A DNA stretch of 13,638 bases, taken from the NCBI GenBank assembly GCA_038998625.1, contig JAWADS010000012.1, positions 1 to 13,638 on the forward strand, written 5' to 3'. Origin of the DNA: Candidatus Aenigmatarchaeota archaeon (GTDB lineage: Archaea; Aenigmatarchaeota; Aenigmatarchaeia; CG10238-14; SCSR01). This document shows, one piece after another, positions 6,938 to 13,638 of this stretch (positions are counted from its first letter, which is position 1; each line of letters opens with the position of its first letter). Position numbers and translations under genes: made by a program. The notes beneath the pieces are model-generated. The model saw only the letters and a program-made list of their open reading frames with translations. It made no database searches and was not told the DNA's origin.

Positions 6938-9883
6938 TTACCCTTTTATATTTGCTACAGGCCTTAATCTTAAAACCTTTAAGCTTATGTTAGCTAGATG
7001 CATTGAATCAACAACTTCATTTATATCTTTATATGCAAATCCCGCTTCTTCAGCGAGACCTGACATAGTGGTAGCTTTAACGTAAATTCCTCTTTCTAAC
7101 ATTTTTCTTTGCAACTCTTCACCCCTAACCATTTTTTTAGCTTTAGTTCTACTCATAGTTCTTCCACTGCCATGCAATGTAGTGCCGAAAGTTTCTTCCT
7201 CAGCCTGTTTAGTGCCAACACATAAGAAGGAACCAGTTTCCATGCTACCACCAACTATTACAGGCTGACCAAATTTTTTGAATAAAGGTGCTAATTCAGG
7301 ATGATTTGGTCCAAAGCTTCTGGTAGCCCCTTTTCTATGCACTATAACTTTCATTCTTTCTCCATTTACCTTATGTTCTTCTATTTTTGCAGTATTATGA
7401 GCTACATCATAAATTATTTCTAATCCAAGTTCTTCAGCACTTTTATTAAAAATCTTTTCAAAAGCTTTTCTTATTTGATAAACTATTAGTTGCCTGTTTA
7501 CAAAGGCAAAATTAATGGCACAAGACATAGCTTTAAGATAGTTCTGTCCTTCTTCTGATTCAAAAGGTGCGCAGGCTAATTGCTTATCTGGAACTTTGAT
7601 TTTATATTTTTCCATCGCCCTTAGAAAAGTTGTTAAATAATCTGTACAAATTTGATGTCCAAAGCCACGAGAACCACAATGCACCATTATACAAACTTGA
7701 TTTGGTATAGTTCCGAGGCCCCAAGCTTCAGCTATTTCTCTATTAAAAATTTTATCGATAACCTGAATTTCTAAATAATGATTTCCTGAACCTAAAGTAC
7801 CTATTTGACTTTTCCCCCTGCTATAGGCAGTTTTACTAACTTTCGAAAAATCAGCAGTTTTTACGCCACCATATTCTTCTAATCTTTCTAAATCTTGCCC
7901 CCAAGCATATCCATTTTCTACAGCCCATTTAACGCCTGTTTCTACAATCTCCCTAAAAGTACCTTCTGGTATCTTGGCAATTTCTTTAGGTTCTTGATAA
8001 GAAGTAGCTCCAACTCCAGCAGGAACCATTTTGAAAAGTAAATCTACTAATTCTTTAATTTTTGGTTTAATTTCATCTAGTGTTAAGTTAGTTTTTAGTA
8101 AACGCATGCCGCAATTAGAAACAACAAAATTATTGGCTATAAAATTATGATTTTCTGAGTTCATTGTAAAATCATATACATAGTCAGAAAAATCATTAAT
8201 TTCTGTAATTTCTTCAATTTCATCCCAAACGAAAGTTGAATTTATGACATAATTTTTAAGAAATGTTTCAAATGTTGGAAAGCTCGTAGATATTCTTGCT
8301 TCTTTTATACCAAGCTTATATCTAATTAAAGCATTTCCTATTATTTTTATATCATCTTCTTTTGTTCCACCAGAAATTATGATCTCTTTATACTTACAAA
8401 TTAAACTTTTTATAAATCTCTTTTTTAATCTCAAGTAATGTAAAGCTGCTGCCATCATACATTTTTTTCTCATATCATATTCGCATCCTATCTTTGACCA
8501 CAATTTTATCAAATTTTCATCTTTAGAAGAAATTTTCAAAATGATTTTTAATGTTTTCTCTCCAGATTTTGTGATTGCTGCATCATAAATGTAAATTTTA
8601 TTACAATTAACACCAAATTCAGAAAGCATTTCTCTTATTTGATTAATAAATTTGTAAGCATTCTGCAATAATTTTTCAGATTTATTTAGACTAAATGATG
8701 GTTCAACAAACCCATATTTTTCTTTATTTCTTAATTTGGGCTTACTCATTTCTGCTCCAAAAAGTCCAGCTAGATACAATCTTTTAATCCATAAAGGAGC
8801 TTTCCTAATCCACTTAGGAACTTCAAATTCTGTAAAGGATTTGTTGCCTTTTGGAACACCAAGCATATAAAGAAGAATTGCAAAACTTTGTGAAGTTATT
8901 GGAAGTTGGGTAGTTGTACCTTCTATTTCTCTTATTTCTTTTTTAGTAACTATTTTACTTTTTACCTTTCTTTTAAAAATTCTTTGCACAGAAAAGCCTA
9001 ATCTTTTTATATCTTCGGCTATTTTTTCTAATGTTTCAATATTTCCAATTATTCTTGTAGACCATCTTCTATTTACTTCTCCTACCCATCCATCTCCTGT
9101 AATAAACCCAACTAATCTTGCTAAAATTGGTAATTGGGGCGAATTATATCGTAATGGTAAAAGCTTTCTATCTTTTAATTCTTTAATAATTTTTTTTCTC
9201 ATCCCAATTGCTTTAATTATACTTTCTTCATCCAAAATAATTTCATCTGATGGCTCTTCGTATTTAACACCTTCAAAAGGATAAATAGCAACATAGTCCC
9301 CTTCTTTTAATTCACCCGCCTTTATCATATTATTAGGAGTTAAAATTGGATGATCAATAGTAGCTATTAATTCATAACCAGCTTTTGTCTTTATTTTTAT
9401 AACTTTTTCTTTTGGTTTTTGCTTCAAAAAAAGAATTGGCTCGTCTTTATCTTCAATCCTTTCATTTAAATCCATGCATACTACTTTTTCATCTAACTTT
9501 TTTTCAAAATCAGAAATATTTTTGAAATATCCAAACTCAGAAATGATTTTAGTATTTCCAGCAACACAATTTATGTCAAAACCTATGGCCCCAGGAGAAA
9601 TTATTCCTTCCTTCAAATCAAAAGCACCACACCAACCAACAGGCACACCATAGCCAGAATGACCATCACTAAAAACATAAGAATATTTTAGCAAACCAGG
9701 GAACATAGCTGCATTCGCTGCCTGATCAAAAACTTCTAAATCCATGGAGTTAAGCAAATTTTCTTTAGCATAAATTCTAACTGGAACCTTCATACCATGC
9801 TTAAAGCTAGTTGGGATTTCCCAAACTATATCAGTGATTTTTTTAAATTCTGGCTTCTTCAATTCTCCTTGCTTGAAAGGCAT
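6938..9883 (-). CDS. rtcB: RNA-splicing ligase RtcB precursor containing an intein (mature about 496 aa)
   Basis: DGHSGYG-PVG, GFDIN/CG, GTLGSGNHYLE, HCGSRG-GH, YDVAHN, HRKGAT, GGSM, HGSGR, EEA--AYKD, terminal IKG. Confidence 0.97.
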   Translation of the reverse strand: MPFKQGELKKPEFKKITDIVWEIPTSFKHGMKVPVRIYAKENLLNSMDLEVFDQAANAAMFPGLLKYSYVFSDGHSGYGVPVGWCGAFDLKEGIISPGAIGFDINCVAGNTKIISEFGYFKNISDFEKKLDEKVVCMDLNERIEDKDEPILFLKQKPKEKVIKIKTKAGYELIATIDHPILTPNNMIKAGELKEGDYVAIYPFEGVKYEEPSDEIILDEESIIKAIGMRKKIIKELKDRKLLPLRYNSPQLPILARLVGFITGDGWVGEVNRRWSTRIIGNIETLEKIAEDIKRLGFSVQRIFKRKVKSKIVTKKEIREIEGTTTQLPITSQSFAILLYMLGVPKGNKSFTEFEVPKWIRKAPLWIKRLYLAGLFGAEMSKPKLRNKEKYGFVEPSFSLNKSEKLLQNAYKFINQIREMLSEFGVNCNKIYIYDAAITKSGEKTLKIILKISSKDENLIKLWSKIGCEYDMRKKCMMAAALHYLRLKKRFIKSLICKYKEIIISGGTKEDDIKIIGNALIRYKLGIKEARISTSFPTFETFLKNYVINSTFVWDEIEEITEINDFSDYVYDFTMNSENHNFIANNFVVSNCGMRLLKTNLTLDEIKPKIKELVDLLFKMVPAGVGATSYQEPKEIAKIPEGTFREIVETGVKWAVENGYAWGQDLERLEEYGGVKTADFSKVSKTAYSRGKSQIGTLGSGNHYLEIQVIDKIFNREIAEAWGLGTIPNQVCIMVHCGSRGFGHQICTDYLTTFLRAMEKYKIKVPDKQLACAPFESEEGQNYLKAMSCAINFAFVNRQLIVYQIRKAFEKIFNKSAEELGLEIIYDVAHNTAKIEEHKVNGERMKVIVHRKGATRSFGPNHPELAPLFKKFGQPVIVGGSMETGSFLCVGTKQAEEETFGTTLHGSGRTMSRTKAKKMVRGEELQRKMLERGIYVKATTMSGLAEEAGFAYKDINEVVDSMHLANISLKVLRLRPVANIKG
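8114..9568 (-). mobile_element. Intein with LAGLIDADG homing endonuclease (485 aa) in rtcB
   Basis: N-junction DIN|CVAGNT; block B ATIDHPILT; LARLVGFITGDG and LYLAGLFGAE endonuclease motifs; block F VYDFT; C-junction HNFIANNFVVSN|CG. Confidence 0.95.
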
Positions 9884-9917
9884 AACAACACCAAATTAAT
9901 TATTTTATATTTTCAGA

Positions 9918-9975
9918 TACACGCAGAACCAGCCTGCGTGCACCCGTTTCCGCAAATTTACGTCGGGCACACGCA
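9918..9975 (-). promoter_or_regulatory. Structured GC-rich 5' leader or small RNA upstream of rtcB
   Basis: Two overlapping hairpins whose mismatches resolve as G-U pairs only on the minus strand; GC-rich island in AT-rich intergenic DNA. Confidence 0.55.
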
Positions 9976-9990
9976 AATTAAGGCAAAACT

Positions 9991-10023
9991 TATTTAAATA
10001 TACTGATATTAGGTATTTAAATA
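9991..10023. promoter_or_regulatory. Twin palindromic TATTTAAATA boxes, candidate divergent promoters for rtcB and the PNPOx-like gene
   Basis: TATTTAAATA at 9991-10000 and 10014-10023 between divergent genes. Confidence 0.5.
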
Positions 10024-10027
10024 GTTG

Positions 10028-10432
10028 ATGTTTATGGTAAAATTTTCTGAAAAAGAAGTTAAATTTTTAGAAGGCCAAGAAGTTTGTAGATTAGCTACTT
10101 CTTCTAAAAGTTTACAACCCCACGTTGTGCCTGTTTGTTATATTTTCCATAAAGGTCATTTTTATATCGCCACTGATTTTGACACTAAGAAACTAAAAAA
10201 TTTGAAAGAAAATAGAAAAGTTTCTTTAGTAGTTGATGTTTATAGACAACCTAAAAATAAAGCAATTTTCATTCAAGGAGAGGCTGAAATTTTAGAAAGA
10301 GGAGAAGAATTTAAAGAAATTTCTGAAATTTTCTTCAAAAAATTTTATTGGGCTAGAGCCGATCCTTGGGAAGAAGGAGAGACTGTAATTTTGAAAATCA
10401 AACCTGAGAAAAAAATTAGTTGGGGTATTTAA
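10028..10432 (+). CDS. Pyridoxamine 5'-phosphate oxidase-like (split-barrel FMN/F420-binding) protein
   Basis: VCRLAT, PHVVPV, KLKNLKENRKVSLVVD, IQGEAEI, LKIKPEKKISWG; start uncertain (TTG 10025, ATG 10028 or ATG 10034). Confidence 0.88.
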   Translation: MFMVKFSEKEVKFLEGQEVCRLATSSKSLQPHVVPVCYIFHKGHFYIATDFDTKKLKNLKENRKVSLVVDVYRQPKNKAIFIQGEAEILERGEEFKEISEIFFKKFYWARADPWEEGETVILKIKPEKKISWGI

Positions 10433-10440
10433 ATTTTTTT

Positions 10441-10526
10441 ATTTTTTTATTGGCTCGCTCCACTGGGCGGTCCACCTCGCGCGAGATATTAAACAAAGAA
10501 TATAGGCGCGAGGTCCTTCTTTGTAA
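10441..10526. repeat. Dispersed 86-bp structured intergenic repeat, copy 2
   Basis: Identical to copy 3 (identity extends 9 nt further upstream, AATTTTTTT); lies between convergent genes. Confidence 0.97.
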
Positions 10527-10565
10527 TCTATAGATTGAATTATTTGTCATTAAAAAGGAAAATAC

Positions 10566-10856
10566 TCAAAACAAATCTTCTTCCCTTTTAGTTTTCTCAT
10601 TCCAAACTTTTCTCACTTTTTCTTCTTTCTCAGCCTTTATCAACAAAGCTTTTTTACTATCGGGTAAAGGAATTATAAAATACTCTTCTATTTTCCCTTC
10701 ATCACTTTTTAGAGTCAATTTTTTCTTTTTATCTGCTAGCTTTAAAGTTTCTGGATCCAGATATTTAGTAAGGACATATCTACCTCGAGAATCTAAAGCT
10801 CTTATTTCCACCTTACCTTTTTTACTTCTTGTCAGAACAGCTTCGGAAAACTTCAT
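10566..10856 (-). CDS. Hypothetical small basic protein
   Basis: 96-aa ORF with ATG start, divergent from rps26e; no family recognised. Confidence 0.7.
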   Translation of the reverse strand: MKFSEAVLTRSKKGKVEIRALDSRGRYVLTKYLDPETLKLADKKKKLTLKSDEGKIEEYFIIPLPDSKKALLIKAEKEEKVRKVWNEKTKREEDLF

Positions 10857-10916
10857 GCTTATAAATTTATGAAAGAATAAGCTTAAGTTTAATTATTAAT
10901 TAAAGAGGAGATATCT

Positions 10917-11201
10917 TTGCCCATAAGTACAGCACCATATAAAAGAAAGTATTGGCATACTAAAAAAAGGGGAAGGGAGGTTACAGTTAAATGTGAGTTT
11001 TGCCGAAGAGAAGTACCTAGATATAAAACTTTTGTTGTAACTAAGGGTTTCAGAATATCTGATCCTTTAATATTACAACAAACAGATAAAAGATTTATCC
11101 ATATGCTTACAAGAAAAATAAGAGTATGCCCTAGCTGCGCAAGATTTAGAGGTATAGCTCAGCCGGGTAAAAGTATAAGAAAAAAACATTTAGAGATTTA
11201 A
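10917..11201 (+). CDS. rps26e: 30S ribosomal protein S26e (eS26)
   Basis: GRE-TVKCEFC-REVPRYK and VCPSCARFRGI zinc-finger pattern; TTG start preceded by GAGGAG. Confidence 0.85.
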   Translation: MPISTAPYKRKYWHTKKRGREVTVKCEFCRREVPRYKTFVVTKGFRISDPLILQQTDKRFIHMLTRKIRVCPSCARFRGIAQPGKSIRKKHLEI

Positions 11202-11208
11202 TTTTTTT

Positions 11209-11294
11209 ATTTTTTTATTGGCTCGCTCCACTGGGCGGTCCACCTCGCGCGAGATATTAAACAAAGAATATAGGCGCGAGGTCCTTCTTTGTAA
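11209..11294. repeat. Dispersed 86-bp structured intergenic repeat, copy 3
   Basis: Identical to copy 2; begins after a 7-nt gap from the rps26e stop codon. Confidence 0.97.
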
Positions 11295-11359
11295 AGATTT
11301 TTGAAAATCTTAAAATATAATTTCTTTTAGCTAAAAAACTAATATAATTTAAGAGAAGA

Positions 11360-13192
11360 ATGGTTTTCAATAAGATAAGAAATTTAAGAGGAATCCTTTA
11401 CAGGAAGTTAATAGAAAAGAAAGAAACAAAACTAGGAAAAAAATTAACAAAGAAAAAAGAGGAGCAGGCTTTAGAGTTACCAGGATTTAGAATTGCTAAG
11501 CCCAGTAGAATTTTTGAATTGCCTGAAATTACTGATATAACTAAAGTAAATGTAATTTATCCTTTAACAGAACCGTTTGCCTACGCTAACATAAAGTGGA
11601 ATGATCAAGAAAAACAATTAATTTATTATGTGATTGAGCCAGTACTAACAGAGGATGAAAAGAAAATTCTGCAGAGAATATCAGATGCTCTTGTGGAGCT
11701 TGTAGAAATAGAGATAAGCAGCGTTAAAGAAACTTCAAAAGTCATTGAATATATAAAAGAACAAGTTTTAAAAATAATTAAAGAATTTGGAATAACTTTA
11801 AACATTAACCAATTCCTTAAGATAATGTATTACATTTACAAAAATTTCATAGGTTTTAATGAGATTGAGCCTTTGTTGCAAGATCCTCACATAGAAGATA
11901 TTAGTTGTGATGGTGTTGGATTGCCAATATACATTGTACATAGAAAATATGGTTCTATTAAAACGAATATTGTTTTTAATGATTTTGAAGAATTGAGAAA
12001 GTTTATTGTAAAGCTCGCACAAAGAAGTGGAAGATATGTTAGCTATGCTGAGCCCATTTTAGATGGCACATTACCAGATGGCTCGAGGGTTTCTGCAACC
12101 TTAGCTGGAGATGTAGCTACTCGGGGCCCTACTTTTACAATAAGAAAATTTGGAGAAAAGCCTTTCTCGCCCATAGAGCAAATTGAATTAAAAACTGCAG
12201 ATGAAAAAATAATGGCTTATCTTTGGTATTTTCTGGAGCATGGAGCTTCTATGTTAATAGTTGGTGGTGTTGCTACAGGAAAAACATCCTTTTTAAATTC
12301 TATAGCTATGTTTATCCCCCCTGAAGCTAAGATTGTTAGTATAGAAGATACAAGAGAAATAAGGATTCCCCACGAACACTGGGTTCCCGGCTTAGCAAGG
12401 GTTGGTTTTGGGATACCTTTACCCACCGGCGAAAAATACGGAGAAGTTTCTTTGTTTGATTTGTTAAAAGAAAGTTTTAGACAAAATCCTGATTATGTAA
12501 TAGTTGGAGAGGTTAGAGGAAATGAAGCTTATGTCATGTTTCAGGGTATGGCTTCAGGCCACCCAAGCATTAGCACATTTCATGCTGGCTCTGTAGATTC
12601 TGTTATTAAGAGACTTACTACTCCCCCAATAGAATTATCTCCAGCCCTTTTGGAAAGTTTAGATTTAATCATTGTTATGACTCATGCAAGGGAAAAGGGA
12701 AAATCTGCCAGAAGAATTAAGGAAATTGTTGAAATGATAGCTATGGATACTAAAACTGGAGAGGCAAAGACGAATACTCTATTCAAATGGAATGCAGAGA
12801 AAGATATCTATGAAAAAGTCAATGAAAGTATAAAACTTGAAAAATTAGTAAAAGCTAAAGGTGGCAAATTGGAGGATGCTTTAGTTGAAATAAAAATAAG
12901 AGAGAAGATTTTAGAGTGGATGGGTAAGCAAGGAATTAAAGACTATAGAGATGTGACAAAAGTAATAACCCAGTACTACAAAGAACCAGAAAAAGTTTTG
13001 AGTATGGTTGGGATTAAGAAAGAAGAATTTGAAGAAATAATGAAGGAAGAGCCTATGAAACCTAAAAGAGTCGTTGAGGCCAAACCAGAAATTGTACAGC
13101 CTGTTGAAATCAAGCAGGCCGTCAAAGAGAGGGAAAAAAAGAGAACTTCTATCTTCGAGTTACTGGGATTTAAAGTTTTAAGGGAAAAATAA
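11360..13192 (+). CDS. Type II/IV secretion ATPase (VirB11/TadA/ArlI-like, archaeal type IV pilus assembly)
   Basis: EDISCDG, DGTLPDGSRV, FTIRKF, Walker A GGVATGKTS, SIEDTRE, RQNPDYVIVGEVRG, GH-SISTFHA. Confidence 0.93.
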   Translation: MVFNKIRNLRGILYRKLIEKKETKLGKKLTKKKEEQALELPGFRIAKPSRIFELPEITDITKVNVIYPLTEPFAYANIKWNDQEKQLIYYVIEPVLTEDEKKILQRISDALVELVEIEISSVKETSKVIEYIKEQVLKIIKEFGITLNINQFLKIMYYIYKNFIGFNEIEPLLQDPHIEDISCDGVGLPIYIVHRKYGSIKTNIVFNDFEELRKFIVKLAQRSGRYVSYAEPILDGTLPDGSRVSATLAGDVATRGPTFTIRKFGEKPFSPIEQIELKTADEKIMAYLWYFLEHGASMLIVGGVATGKTSFLNSIAMFIPPEAKIVSIEDTREIRIPHEHWVPGLARVGFGIPLPTGEKYGEVSLFDLLKESFRQNPDYVIVGEVRGNEAYVMFQGMASGHPSISTFHAGSVDSVIKRLTTPPIELSPALLESLDLIIVMTHAREKGKSARRIKEIVEMIAMDTKTGEAKTNTLFKWNAEKDIYEKVNESIKLEKLVKAKGGKLEDALVEIKIREKILEWMGKQGIKDYRDVTKVITQYYKEPEKVLSMVGIKKEEFEEIMKEEPMKPKRVVEAKPEIVQPVEIKQAVKEREKKRTSIFELLGFKVLREK

Positions 13193-13638
13193 TGTCAAGT
13201 TTAAGAGGTCTTGCCACAAATTTATTTGGCTCTATAGTTGATAAATATTCCGATTTATTTATAACTGTGAAGGAAAATTTGCCGAAAGCTGATATAAAAA
13301 CTCCTTTTAGAACATATTTAAGTTCTGTTTTTATGATATCTAGTTTTTCAGTTTTTGTAACTTTTTTTACAATTTTGTTAGGATTTTCTATACTTGATAT
13401 TCCCCTATATTTGAGAATTATTTATGGAATTTTTTCTTCATTCTTAGTTGGTATAATTAGTTTTGTTTTAATGTTGTTTTATCCTATACAAAAATCTGCT
13501 TCAAGGAGAAAAAACATAGAAACCAACTTACCTTTCGTTTTAACCCATATGGGTGCTGTGGCTGAATCTGGGGTGCCGCCCTATGTAATTTTTAGACTTA
13601 TTGCAAGCTTTGAAGAATATGGAGAAATTTCTAAAGAG
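13192..13638 (+). CDS. Type II secretion system F-family (TadC/ArlJ-like) membrane platform protein, partial (runs off the window)
   Basis: Manual translation from the TAATG overlap: MSSLRGLATNLFG...two TM helices...YP...RRKNIETNLPFVLTHMGAVAESGVPP...EEYGEISKE; open to the window end. Confidence 0.88.
   Translation, partial: MSSLRGLATNLFGSIVDKYSDLFITVKENLPKADIKTPFRTYLSSVFMISSFSVFVTFFTILLGFSILDIPLYLRIIYGIFSSFLVGIISFVLMLFYPIQKSASRRKNIETNLPFVLTHMGAVAESGVPPYVIFRLIASFEEYGEISKE

Noticed and set aside
9946..9964. Bulge-helix-bulge splicing motif in the rtcB leader
   Set aside because: A 4-bp helix is present but flanked by a 1x4 internal loop and a terminal loop, not two 3-nt bulges.
9797..9997. 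66-aa plus-strand ORF
   Set aside because: Antisense to the rtcB 5' end and stays open through the GC-rich leader; no coding evidence.
2711..11294. Repeat as a CRISPR array
   Set aside because: Copies are 86 bp and separated by 0.7 and 7.6 kb of genes; no spacers or cas genes.
10441..11294. Repeat as integron attC sites
   Set aside because: No RYYYAAC/GTTRRRY ends, and flanking genes are housekeeping genes in mixed orientation.
11798..12426. Two minus-strand ORFs (74 and 69 aa)
   Set aside because: Antisense shadows within the secretion ATPase.
11360..13638. Calling the ATPase and membrane pair arlI/arlJ (archaellum)
   Set aside because: No archaellin or ArlH visible in the window; cannot be distinguished from a type IV pilus system.

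Overview
AT-rich archaeal chromosomal segment, probably DPANN-type (inferred from gene content and TATA/oligo-T signals; taxonomy cannot be fixed from this window). In order: a BlaI/MecI/CopY-family repressor and HExxH membrane peptidase with a perfect palindromic operator candidate; a hypothetical exported protein; a compact ~263-nt RNase P RNA; a small orphan; a Sec61beta gene missed by the ORF track; an endonuclease IV-like protein; three orphan ORFs; archease; a rhomboid protease; pterin-carbinolamine dehydratase; RtcB with a 485-aa LAGLIDADG intein; a PNPOx-like protein; a hypothetical protein; ribosomal protein eS26; and the start of a type IV pilus-like ATPase/platform operon. The main unexplained signal is an 86-bp GC-rich structured non-coding element in three near-identical, same-orientation copies (2711-2796, 10441-10526, 11209-11294), each just after the stop codon of an unrelated + strand gene. 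Also notable: a GC-rich rtcB leader with two mutually exclusive hairpins, and an RNase P RNA fold that does not cleanly match archaeal type A, M or T.
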